Positions 52,145 to 64,000 of a DNA stretch of 64,000 nucleotides are shown here, piece after piece (the stretch's first letter is position 1; each line of letters starts with the position of its first letter). The position numbers and the translations under genes are program-made. Source of the DNA: Anaeramoeba ignava BMAN (taxonomy: Eukaryota > Protista > Anaeramoebae); assembly GCA_028826165.1 (NCBI GenBank), contig JAPDFW010000111.1:122595-186594 (forward strand). Direction: 5' to 3'. The notes beneath the pieces are model-generated. The model ran no database searches, was not told the DNA's origin, and worked only from the letters and a program-made list of their open reading frames with translations.

Positions 52145-55100
52145 ATGACAACTTTAGAAGATGTAAAAAATAAAAAATAAATAAAAAATAATAAAAAATA
52201 ATAAATAAAAAATATTAAATTTTTCTTTTATTAAAATTATCTTTAGAATGAATTTGATAAATATATTCAATTTCTTGAAAAAAATAGAGAAGATTTTTCA
52301 ACTTGGATTAAAATATTAACAGTTGCAGAAAATGGAAGAAAAATAAATCAAATTAGAAAGAGTTTTGATTTATTTTTATCAATTTATCCATTTGCTTTTG
52401 GTTATTGGAATAAATATTCTCTTTTAGATTTAGAAAATCAAGAAGAAATTTATGAAAGAGCTGTTAAAGTTGCTTATTATTGTGTTGATATTTGGATTTT
52501 TTATTGTCGTTATTCAATTGAAAATAAACCTCCTGATTTTACAAGAAAGTATTTTTTTTTAATTGAAATTCATTTATAAAATTAAAATTAAAATTAAAAT
52601 TAAAATTATAATTAAAATTAAAATTAAAATTCATTTATAAAATTAAAATTAAAATTAAAATTAAAATTATAATTAAAATTAAAATTAAAATTAAAATTCA
52701 TTTATAAAATTAAAATTAAAATTAAAATTAAAATTAAAATTAAAATTAAAATTAAAATTAAAATTAAAATTAAAATTAAAATTAAAAATAAAATTAAAAT
52801 TAAAATTAAAAATTAAAAATTAAAATTAAAAATTAAAATTAAAATTAAAAATAAAAATTAAAATTAAAATTTAAAAACAAAATTTAAAATTAAAATTAAA
52901 ATTAAAATTAAAATTAAAATTAAAATTAAAAATTCAAAAATTAAAATTAAAATTAAAATTAAAATTAAAATTAATTTTAAAATTAAAATTAAAATTAAAA
53001 TTATAATTATAAATTAAAATTAAAATTAAAATTAAAAATTAAAATTAAAAATAAAAATAAAATATTAAAATTAAAATTAAAATTAAAATTAAAATTAAAA
53101 TTCATTTATAAAATTAAAATTAAAATTAAAATTAAAAATTAAAATTAAAATTCATTTATAAAATTAAAATTAAAAATTAAAATTAAAATTCATTTATAAA
53201 ATTAAAATTAAAATTAAAATTAAAATTAAAATTAAAATTAAAATTAAAATTAAAATTAAAATTAAAATTAAAATTAAAATTAAAATTAAAATTAAAATTA
53301 AAATTAAAATTAAAATTAAAATTAAAATTAAAATTATAATTATAATTAAGTTTATTTGAAAGAGCTATTGAAGCTGTTGGAACTGATTTTTTTTCTACAA
53401 ATCTTTGGAATGATTATATTGAATGGGAATTTTCACAAAATAAACCAGAAAATGTTACAAAAATTTATCAAAAAGTTATTCAAATTCCAATTCAACAAAT
53501 TGAAATTTATTGGCAAAAGTAATAGTTTTTTTTCTCTTTAATTTTAAATTGTTTCTTTTTGCAATAAATTTTAATTTTAATTTTAAAATTAATTTAGTTA
53601 TAAAAGACATGCTCAAACAAGACCTTTATCTGAATTAGAACCTGAAAATTTATCTCAAAATGAAAATGGTTTTTATTGATATTTTATATTTTATATTTTA
53701 TATTTTATATTGAAAACAAAAGAGATATAGATATTTTTTAGATTGAAAAATTATATTTCCAAAACAATTTTAATGTTGTTTTTAATTTAGAAGATTGATT
53801 AGAAATGGAAATTTAAATTATTTATTTATTAATTTATTTATTAAATTATTTATTAAATTATTTATTAAATTATTTATTAAATTATTTATTAATTTATTTA
53901 TTAAATTTATTATTAAATTATTTATTAATTTATTTATTTATTAATTTATTAATTTATTTATTAATTTATTTATTATTTATTTATTTAATTTATTTATTAA
54001 AATTATTTATAAATTTATTTATTAATTTATTTATTAAATTATTTATTAAATTATTTATTTATTTATTTATTAATTTATTTATTAATTTATTTATTAAATT
54101 ATTTATTAATTTATTTATTAATTAATTTATTAATTTATTTATTAATTAATTTATTAATTTATTTATTAATTTTAGAAGAAAAAAAAGAAAATGAACAAAA
54201 CAATCTTTTTAAATTACAAACAATATTACAAAAACAAGAACAAGAATTTCAAAAAACATTAGTTAAATTTAACAAAATTATAATTTATGAATCAGGAATA
54301 TTAAGACCTTATTTTCATATTCATCCATTAGATGATCAACAACTTTATATTTGGAATTCTTATTTAAATTATGCAGAAGAACAATATAAATTAAATTTAG
54401 AATCATTTGAATTTGTTATAAAACTTTATGAAAGAAGTGTTATTTCTTGTGTAAAAAAATATTTCAATTTAATATTTAAAAAATATTTTAATTAAAATTT
54501 AAAAATTATTTCAATTTAATATTTAAAAAATATTTTAATTAAAATTTATTAAAATTATTTCATTTTAAAATTTAAAAAATATTTCAATTTAATATTTAAA
54601 AAATATTTCAATTTAATATTTAAAAAATATTTCAATTTAATATTTAAAAAATATTTCAATTTAATATTTAAAAAATATTTCATTTTAATATTTAAAAAAT
54701 ATTTCAATTTAATATTTAAAAATATTTCAATTTAATATTTAAAATTATTTCAATTTAATATTTAAAATTATTTCAATTTAATATTTAAAAATATTTCAAT
54801 TTAATATTTAAAAAAATATTTAAATTTAATATTTAAAAATATTTCATTTTAATATTTAAAATTATTTAAATTTAATATTTAAAAAATATTTCAATTTAAT
54901 ATTTAAAAATTATTTCAATTTAATATTTAAAAATTATTTCAATTTAATATTTAAAAAATATTTCAATTTAATATTTAAAAAATTATTTCAATTTAATATT
55001 TAAAATTATTTCAATTTAATATTTAAAAATATTTAAATTTAATATTTCAAATTATTTCAATTTAATATTTTAAAAATATTTCAATTTAATATTTAAAAAT

Positions 55101-56371
55101 TATTTCAATTTAATATTTAAAAAATATTTCAATTTAATATTTAAAAATTATTCAATTTAATATTTAAAAATTATTTCAAATTTAAATATTTTAAAAAATA
55201 TTTCAATTTAATATTTAAAAAATATTTCAATTTAATATTTAAAAAATATTTCAATTTAATATTTAAAAAATATTTCAATTTAATATTTAAAAAATATTTC
55301 AATTTAATATTTAAAAAATATTTCATTTTAATATTTAAAAATATTTCAATTTAATATTTAAAAAATATTCAATTTAATATTTAAAAAATATTTCATTTAA
55401 AATTTAAAAAAAATTTCATTTAATATTTAAAAAATATTTCATTTTAAAAATTAAAATTTAAAATTTTTAAAAAAATTTTTAAAAAATTTAGTCTCTTTAT
55501 CCTTCTTTTTGGTTAAAATTCGCTTTGTTTTATGAAGAAAATAATAAAATTCAAGAAGCAAGAAATATATTCCAAAAAGCAACACAAATATTTATTCCAA
55601 ATAGACCAAAAATTGTTTTTTCATTTGCAGAATTTGAAGAAAGACAAAAAAATAATGAACAATCAAGAAACATTTATAATGATTTTATAGCAAAATATAA
55701 AAAACAAAAAAAATCAAAAAGCAATTGCTGAAGGATTTATTAAATTAGCTCATTTTGAATACAGAATATCAAATAAATCAAATGAAATATTTATAAATTC
55801 ACTTGAAAATACACTTTCAGAATTAACTGAATATTATGCTAATTCAAGACTAACAAAAAGAAAAAACAATAAAATTTATGCAATAATAACAATCGAACTC
55901 TGTCGTTTTTTAACAAATCAATTAATGGATAACTTAATGAGTTCAAATCAATCCCAAAGTGATTTAATCAACCAAATTAGAGAACTTTTTGAAAGAGCTT
56001 TTGATTATTCTGAACATTTTATTCATTTATGGATTAGTTATATTAACTTCGAAATCCAAATTATTCAAGACGATAATATTTCAAAAGTTATTGATTTATT
56101 TAATAGAGCAACTTCTGATGAATCTTTATTGAATATTAAAGATAAATTATCAATTTGTCTTCTTCATGTTGAATTTCTTAGAAATTTTTCAAAAGAAATT
56201 TCTTCTTTATTTTTATTAAATGAAAAAATTTCAAAACTTAAAAAAGAAGCAAATGAAAAGAAAATCAATTATTATCATGGAATCCAAAAACATGAATTAA
56301 TTTTCTCAGAATATTTTAAAGGAACTTTTTTAAAGCCACAAACAAGATTTCCAAATACAAAATTTAATTAA
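52145..56371 (+). CDS. PRPF39: Pre-mRNA processing factor 39 (HAT repeats)
   Basis: DFSTW...YPFAFGYWNKY...IYERAV...LFERAIEAVGTDFFSTNLWNDYIEWE...YESGILRPYFHIHPLDDQQL..W..YL...LYERSVISC|SLYPSFW. One frameshift lies in an A-run near 55700. Confidence 0.93.
52560..53345. repeat. Intronic (AAAATT)n hexamer repeat
   Basis: Fills PRP39 intron 2. Confidence 0.9.
54455..55480. repeat. Intronic ~23-25-bp minisatellite (AATATTTCAATTTAATATTTAAAA)n
   Basis: Fills the PRP39 intron at about 54451-55491. Confidence 0.9.
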
Positions 56372-56390
56372 AGAAATTTTTTATTTAATT

Positions 56391-59300
56391 TTAAATTTTA
56401 CTTAATAAATTTAATCTTTCAAGTTCATATAATAAATTAAATTGATCATCTTCAATTTCTTTTGAATAAGTATTCATTTTTTGAATTTTTATCATTTCTT
56501 CATCAGAAAGAATTCCTTTTTCAATTTCAGTTTTTTCATTTTCTAATTTTTTAACATGAATTAAAGAATCAGCAAAAGAATTAATTAATTTTTCAACCAA
56601 TTCTTTTAAATTTTGATTTTGAGCATTTTCATTTAAATCTTTTTCTTTTGAATCATTTTCCAATCTTGTTTTAATTAATTGATTTAAAATTCGAATACTT
56701 TCTTGCCTATTAATTTCACCTTCAAATTGCAATTTCTTCAATTCTTTTAATAAATCTTGATATTTACTTTCTTTTTCTTTTAATTCAGATAACAATCGAT
56801 TTTTTTCTTCATTTTCGTTATTTTTCTCATGATTGATTTTAAGTGTTTCTTCAAGTTCTTTGATTCTTAAAATATATTCATTGTTTTTTTCCACAAAATT
56901 CTCAATTAATTTCCTCATATTTTCCTCATTTTCTTGTTCGTTTTGAATTTTCTTTTTATTATTAATAATTTCTTGAATTTTGCTATTTAGCATTCTTGAC
57001 AAAGTATCATAATCTGAATGAACTTGTTTGATTTGTGATTCTTGTTGTTCAAAATTCAATTCTCTTGACAATTCAAAGGTTTTTTCAATTATAAGTTTAG
57101 TTTTTGCATTTTTCCTCTTTTTTTTAGCATTTTCTTCAATATCATCAACTCTTTCCTTAAGAATTTCAATTTGAGTGCTATATTTTGCAATTGAATCTTC
57201 AAATTCTCTTGATAAAGCAGAATTTGCTTTGCTTAATTTTTCTGACTGCAATTTTTCCTTCTCAATTTCCTCTTCAAGTTGAACAATTGCTTTACCATGT
57301 CTTTTATTATCATTATCAATTTTAAACTGCAATTCATTAACCTCATCTTCTAATGATTGTATTTTTTCATTTTTATCAATAAGAATCCCATTAATTTTAC
57401 GAAGTTCTAAAAGTCTTTGTTCCATTTGCTTTTGAAAATTTTCTTGATCGTTTTTAATCATCGTTTTCAAACTTGAAATTTCGTTTTTTAACTGAGAAAT
57501 TTGTTCTCGATCTAATTTCTGATTTAAATCTATCAAGTTTTTTAAATCTTCATTTCTTGAAATTTCCAATTTAAGACTTCTTTGTTTCATGTTATTTTTC
57601 CTTTCTAAATCCCTGTTTTTGTTTCAATTCTTCAAGTTCTTTTGAAAGACTCGAATGAATTTCCTCGTTTTTCAAATCAATTTCACTTCCTTTATCTTCC
57701 TTTTAATTTCTCAAGTTTTTCCTCGTTTTTTCTAATTTCTTCTTCAATTCCCAAAATGTTTTTCAATTAAATTTTGTTCTTCCAATATTTGTTTCTCTTC
57801 CTCTTCAATTCCTTGTTTTTCACCTCAAGTTCTTTTATTGAGTTTTTAATACCTTTTTATTCTGTAATTTTGATATTTTTTCTGTGTAAACATTTAATTT
57901 TTCTTGATAACTTTCTGCATGTTTTTCAAGAAGAACTCTTTCGTTTTCAAAATTTTTTCGATCATCTATTAATTGATTTTTCAGTTCTTGATTTTTGAGG
58001 CTTTTTTGTTCCCAAAGTATTTTCAATTTAATTTAACAACATTTTTCAAGATTTGTTTTCTTTTGTTTGTTTTTATCTATTAAATCATCAATTTCCAATT
58101 GATTTTCCTCAATTTGTTTTTTCAAATTTTCATTTTTTTCTTCAATTTTCAAATTGGTTTCATTTTGTGAAATTTTGGAAACTTTTTTAAGTTGTTTTTC
58201 TTGTTTCAATCTTCTTGTTCTAATTTTTTGTAATCGTGTATCCATTTTTTCATATTCTTTTCTCATTACAGATAATTCAATTTCGAGTTGATTTTTCTCT
58301 GTAATTAAACTTGTTTTTTCGTTTTGTTCTTCTTCTTGGCTTTTTTGATGTTCCGAAATTTCTTTTTCAAGCAATTTTATTTTTTCTTCAAATTGCTCAC
58401 TTTCATTTTTAAATTTGGTTTGAGATGAATTTATATCACTTTCAATACTTTTTAGGTTTTCTTTTAAATTTTCAATCTTAGTTATTGTTTCCGTTTTGTC
58501 TGGAAGATTTTCATTTTGATTTTCATTTTCAATATTGATATTAATATTAATATTGAAATCTTGATTTGAAGGTAAATTTGATTTGATTCCTTTTCTTTCT
58601 TTTTGTTTTTTAATTTGAAGTCGAGTTTGTTGAATTTTTTTTTGTGTTTCTTGAAGTTGTTTAAAAAGTTGTAAAATTTGCATTTCATTTTCCTTTTCAA
58701 TTTTTTGTACTTCTTTTCTATGTTTATCATGCATTTGTTCTAATGAAAAATCTGGATTTTCATTTTGGAATTTAACTGCTTTGATTTTTTGATAAAGATG
58801 GTGATTTGTTTGTTTTTGATATTCCTTGTTGAATATTTTGAGAATCATCAACTGAATTTTTCTTTGTAATCTTTTCTTCATTTCTCTTATATTAACTTTA
58901 TATTGTTCAATTAATTTATTTGCCTTTTTATATATATATTAATAAAATGTATAAAAAGATATAATTTTTCTTTTTAATTTTTTTTTACCTCTTCTTTTTT
59001 TACAAATTTTTGAAATAAAATTGAAATGTAAATAAAAATTGATTTTTCATCTGTTTTACGTTCTAAAAATTCTTGGATATCAATAATTTGAGGTATTCCC
59101 AATTCTTGAAGAATATCAAATACTTGTTTAACATTTTTTTCATTTTCATTCTTTAAATTTAAATAAATTTTAATTTTAAATTTAAATTAATTTTATTTTA
59201 TAAATTTTTTTTTTACAGAATCTAAATTTTTTAAATCAATTTTATCAGGAAAATAAGTTTTAATAATTGAAGCAAAAGCAAATCCATCATAAAAACTAAA

Positions 59301-60142
59301 AATAAAAATAAATTAAATTAAATTAAATGATAAAAAAATTATTTTTTAAAATAAAAACCTTGTAGAAAAATTATCAACACGAATTTTAAAAGAAGAAGCA
59401 CATTTTTTACACCAAAAAAGGATTAAATTTAATGGTTTAATTTCTTTGTTTGGAATTAATGAATAAATTGAGAAAAATTGAACAAAATTCCAAATCATTC
59501 CTAAAATTAAAATTTCATTTTGTTCAAGAATATCTTCAGCACAAATTGAGTAAGAAATTCCTATAGATTTTGCTAAATTTAAACATAGAGTAATATTTTC
59601 TAATTGAAGTACTCTTGTAGTAGGTTTTGTTTGATATTTTGGAATACTTTAAATTTTTTAATTTAAATTTTTAATTTAATTTTTAATTTAATTTTTAATT
59701 TAATTTAATTTAAATTTTTAATTTAATTTTTAATTTAAATTTAATTTACGTTTTTCCACTTAAAACTTCAAGAAGATTTATTAATTTAATTCCATCTTGA
59801 AAATCTGTTTTTAAATCATCAAAAGTTAAATTTCTTTCATTTAAATTAAATTGAACCCATTTTTCAAGTGTCTAAATTATTTATAAAATTATTTAATTAA
59901 TTTTATATTTTTTTTTTATTTAAAATTTATTTTACTTTTTTTTGTGTTTGTTCTGAAAAACTTAAAGTTCTGTCTAAATGTTTTAAAATTCTACTTTTTC
60001 TTTGATTAAAAAAATTACTAAAAAAATTTTGAGATTCTGTTGTTATTTTTTCTTCAGAAGAAACTTTTCTAATTAAATTTTGACTTTGACTTTGATTTTG
60101 ATTTTGATTTTGATTTTGATTTTGATTTTGATTTGATGTCAT
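56391..60142 (-). CDS. Tandem calponin-homology (actin-binding) domain protein with long coiled coil (alpha-actinin/cortexillin/interaptin-like); several frameshifts in the coiled coil
   Basis: QKK|TLEKWVQFNL...DLKTDFQDGIKLINLLEVLSGK...LENITLCL...ICAEDI...LILGMIW...LILFWCKK...VDNFSTSFYDGFAF..II...P...LGIPQII...DEKSIFIYIS, followed by E/K/Q-rich ORFs 58033-58881, 57835-58026 and 56391-57590. Confidence 0.88.
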
Positions 60143-60236
60143 TTGTTTTTGTTTTTGTTTTTAAAAAAATTGAAAAAAAATGAAAAAAAATGAAAAATTT
60201 AAATTCATTTTTTTTTTCATTTTTTTTTTTAAAATA
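60143..60236. promoter_or_regulatory. 94-bp bidirectional promoter made of back-to-back Inr-like motifs
   Basis: TGAAAAAAAATGAAAAAAAATGAAAAATTTAAATTCATTTTTTTTTTTCATTTT lies between divergent ATGs at 60142 and 60237. Confidence 0.7.
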
Positions 60237-60819
60237 ATGTCTTTAGCAAGAAGAAGAAAAACTAAACCTCCAAAAGGTTGGGAAATTATATCAGATAAAA
60301 TAGAAGAATTTGACCAAAAAATGCGAGAAGGTAATTTTTAAATTAAAAATTAATTTAATTTTTTAATTTAAATTTTTAATTTAAATTTTTAATTTAAATT
60401 TTTTTTTTCTTCTTTAAATAAAGCTGAATCTCAACCTCATCAAGGAAAAAGAAAGAATGAAGCTTTATGGCCAATTTTCCAAATAAATCATCAAAGATCA
60501 AGATATATTTTTGAAATGTATTATAAAAAAAAAGAAATATCAAAAGAATTATTTGAATATTGTGTAAAATATAAAATTGCAGATGGACCTCTTATGGAAA
60601 AATGGAAACAACCTGGGTAAGTTTTTCAATGAGATTATTTTCTTTTGATTTGATTTTCTAATTTGGATTTTTAGTTTTGAAAGGCTTTGTTGTTTACAAT
60701 GTATTCAAACTCGTGATACAACTCATGGTAATTGTTGTATTTGTAGAGTTCCAAAAAAAGATAGGAAATCTCAAAAACCTGTTCAATGCTTTAATTGTGG
60801 TTGTCGTGGTTGTGGTTGA
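60237..60819 (+). CDS. BUD31: BUD31/G10 splicing factor, 3 exons
   Basis: KPPKGWEII...KMRE|AE..PHQGKRKNEALWPIFQINHQRSRYIF..YY...KWKQPG|FERLCCLQCIQ...CICRVP...CFNCGCRGCG*. Confidence 0.97.
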
Positions 60820-60949
60820 TTTGTTTTTATTCTTCTTTCCTTTTATTCCGTTTATTTTTTTTTTAGAAAATTTTAATTATTATTTTAAATAATAAAACTA
60901 TTTTTGAATTTAAATTTTTATTTAAAAAATTATTTTGAAAATGAAAAAT

Positions 60950-61737
60950 TTAATTTAATTTTGATTTAATTTTAATTTTTAATTTAATTTTAATTTAATT
61001 TTAATTTTAATTTAATTTTAATTTAATTTTGATTTAATTTTAATTTAATTTTAATTTTTTAATTTAATTTTGATTTAATTTTAATTTAATTTTAATTTTT
61101 GATTTAAATTTTAATTTTAATTTTGATTTAAATTTTATTTTAATTTTGATTTAATTTTAATTTTTTAATTTTAATTTTTAATTTAATTTTTTAATTTTAT
61201 TTTTTAATTTAATTTAATTTAATTTTAAATTTTTAATTTTGATTTAATTTTAATTTAATTTAAAATTTAATTTAAATTTTAATTTAATTTTAATTTTCAA
61301 TTTAATTTAATTTTAATTTAATTTTAATTTTAATTTAAATTTTAATTTTTAATTTTTAATTTCAATTTTAATTTGATTTTAATTTTTTTTTAATTTTAAT
61401 TTTAATTTTGATTTTTATTTTAATTTTAATTTTAATTTTAATTTTAATTTTAAATTTAATTTAATTTTAATTTAATTTTCAATTTTTTTAATTTAATTTT
61501 AATTTAATTTTAATTTAATTTTAATTTAATTTTAATTTAATTTTAATTTAATTTTGATTTAAATTTAATTTTGATTTATATTTTAATTTAATTTTGATTT
61601 AATTTTGATTTAATTTTTGATTTAATTTAATTTTTGATTTAATTTTGATTTAATTTTAATTTAATTTTAATTTAATTTTGATTTAATTTTAATTTAATTT
61701 TGATTTAATTTTGATTTAATTTTGATTTAATTTTGAT
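60950..61737. repeat. Intergenic (TTTTAATTTAA/TTTTGATTTAA)n repeat between convergent genes
   Basis: Directly visible. Confidence 0.88.
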
Positions 61738-62567
61738 TTAAAAAAGTCCAGTAATATTTCCTTTTTCATCAATATCAATATCGTAATAAGCAGGTCTTGT
61801 TGGCTAAAATTAAAAATAAATTAAAAAAAAATTAAATTAAAATCGGATAAAAAAATTTTATTTAGTTTTTACCAATCCAGGCATTGTTGAAATATCTCCA
61901 GAAATAGGGAAAATAAAACCAGCACCAATACTTGCTCTAATCTCTCTAATAGGAAAAACAAAACCATTTGGAGTACCCAAAAGTTTAGGATCATGACTAA
62001 AACTATACTGAGTCTTAGCAATACAAATTGGAAGATTTCCAAATCCATTTTTCTCAAAATTTTCAATATCTTCCTCAGTTGTTCCTTCATACTTCACAGA
62101 ATCTGCCCGATAAATCTCCTTCGCAATAATCTCAATCTTTGATTTAATTGGAAGATTTAATTCATAAAGAAACTTGAAATTGTTTTTCATTTGACACGCT
62201 TCAATCACACTTGTTGCTAACTGAATTGCACCTTCACCTCCCCTTGCATAATGAGTAGAAGAAACTGCATCAAATGCTCCTGCTTTTTTTGCCTCGGTAA
62301 TAACTGCTGCAATTTCTTCGTCTGTATCGTTGATGAATTGATTAATACAAACAACTGTTGGTATTCCAAATTTTGATATGTTTTCAATATGTTGTTTTAA
62401 ATTTGAACATCCTTTAATAACTCCTTCAATATTTGGCTTTTTACATTCAGATAATGGTATTCCTCCATGTGTTTTTAATGCTCGAAGTGAACATACAATT
62501 ACACAACAATTTGGTGTTAATCCACTTGATCTACATTTAATATTAAAAAATTTTTCAGCTCCACAAT
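61738..62567 (-). CDS. Formate-tetrahydrofolate ligase (FTHFS) domain, last two exons; 5' part lies beyond the window
   Basis: DCGAEKFFNIKCR..GL.P...RALKTHGG...NLKQHIENI.KFG...GGEGA..LA...LPICIAKTQYSFSHDP.LLG.P.GF..PIREIRAS.GAGF....G...TMPGL|PTRPAYYDIDIDEKGNITGLF*. Confidence 0.96.
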
Positions 62568-62589
62568 CTTTTATATATATATTTTTTAA

Positions 62590-64000
62590 ATTTACAAATC
62601 AATTTTATATCAATTTTAAATCAATTTTATATCAATTTTATATCAATTTTATATCAATTTTATATCAATTTTATATCAAATTTAAATCAATTTTAAATCA
62701 ATTTTAAATCAATTTTATATCAATTTTATAACAAATTTTATATCAATTTTAAATCAATTTTAAATCAATTTTAAATCAATTTTAAATCAATTTTAAATTT
62801 ATAATTTTATATCAATTTTAAATCAATTTTATATCATTTTAAATCAATTTTTAAATTTTAAATCAATTTTAAATCAATTTTATATCAATTTTAAATCAAT
62901 TTTAAATCAATTTTAAATCAATTTTAAATCAATTTTAAATCAATTTTTATATATCAATTTTATATCAATTTTATATCAATTTTATATCAATTTTATATCA
63001 ATTTTATATTAATTTTATATTAATTTTATATCAATTTTATATTAATTTTTATATCAATTTTATATCAATTTTAAATCAATTTTTAAATCAATTTTATATT
63101 AATTTTAAATCAATTTTAAATCAATTTTTATATTAATTTTATATCAATTTTTAAATCAATTTTAAATCAATTTTATATTAATTTTATATTAATTTTAAAT
63201 CAATTTTAAATCAATTTTTATTTTAATCAATTTTAATATTAATTTTATATCAATTTTTATAATATCAATTTTAAATTAATTTTTTTATTTTTATATTTTA
63301 ATATCAATTTTAAATCAATTTTAAATTTTAAATCAATTTTATATCAATTTTTATATCAAATTTTAAATCAATTTTTAAATCAATTTTATATCAATTTTAA
63401 ATCAATTTTATATCAATTTTATATCAATTTTAAATCAATTTTTAAATCAATTTTAAATCAATTTTTTATATAATTTTAAATCAATTTTATATAAAATTTT
63501 TAAATCAATTTAAATCAATTTTAAATCAATTTTATATTAATTTTATATCAATTTATATATAATTTTAAATCAATTTTCAAATCAATTTTAAATCTGTTTT
63601 TATATCAACAAATCAATTTTTATATCAATTTTTATATCTTTTTAAATCAATTTTATATCACTTTATCAATTTTTATTGTTTTAAATCAATTTTAAATCAA
63701 TTTAAATTAATTTTAAATAATTTTTAAATCAATTTTTATATCAATTTTTATATCAATTTTAAATCAATTTTTAAATCAATTTTAAATCAATTTTTATATT
63801 AATTTTAAATCAATTTTTTTATATCAATTTTTAAATCAATTTTTAAATCAATTTTAAATCAATTTTTAAATCAATCTTTTATATAATTTTTACAATTTTT
63901 ATATCAATTTTTAAATCAATTTTTTATATCAATTTTATATCAATTTTTATATCAATTTTTATATCAATTTTATATCAATTTTTATATCAATTTTTATATC
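62590..64000. repeat. Intronic 11-bp repeat (TCAATTTTAAA/TCAATTTTATA)n in FTHFS intron
   Basis: Directly visible upstream of the acceptor at 62568-62569 (minus strand). Confidence 0.88.

Noticed and set aside
53700-53820. Non-repetitive intronic patch as snoRNA or cryptic exon in PRP39
   Set aside because: No convincing C/D or H/ACA boxes and no open, splice-compatible frame were found by eye.
55690-58040. Programmed frameshifting in PRP39 and the CH-coiled-coil gene
   Set aside because: The breaks fall in or near A/T homopolymers, typical of long-read indel errors, and no stimulatory structure is evident.
62590-64000. Terminal repeat as telomere or subtelomere
   Set aside because: It is an imperfect AT 11-mer directly upstream of an FTHFS splice acceptor, so it is an intron.

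Overview
This is an extremely AT-rich eukaryotic (protist) genomic window using the standard genetic code and GT-AG spliceosomal introns. It is gene-dense, with about 23 protein-coding genes. The reiterated TCATTTT initiator-like promoters, a thioredoxin with an MLS...RF presequence and a large BTB-TLDc family suggest an anaerobic metamonad such as Anaeramoeba; this is an inference, not verified. Housekeeping genes: UVRAG/Atg14-like, Rab2-like, PAK1IP1/Mak11, SRP receptor beta, Med30-like, organellar thioredoxin, dynactin p62, ICMT, PSMA1, PRP39, a CH-CH coiled-coil protein, BUD31 and FTHFS. These are interleaved with an accessory block at about 7-43 kb. The block holds three tandem ULK-like kinase-3xSH3 genes (one a pseudokinase with a ~1,250-aa low-complexity insert), four intronless BTB-TLDc genes with mix-and-match N- and C-terminal modules, a minimal kinase, and a BTB-armadillo gene. 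In that BTB-ARM gene each ARM repeat sits on roughly its own symmetric phase-1 exon (11 phase-1 introns; five consecutive exons of exactly 129 nt), making it the best candidate for a modular, diversifiable Cullin-3 adaptor system. Four unrelated intergenic tandem arrays all have units close to nucleosome-core length (~143-155 bp) and each abuts a promoter. Long introns are filled with short-period AT repeats. Several frameshifts and two garbled coding stretches look like assembly or polishing errors. No tRNA, rRNA, CRISPR array or transposon was recognised. All splice junctions were read by eye and may be off by a few bases.
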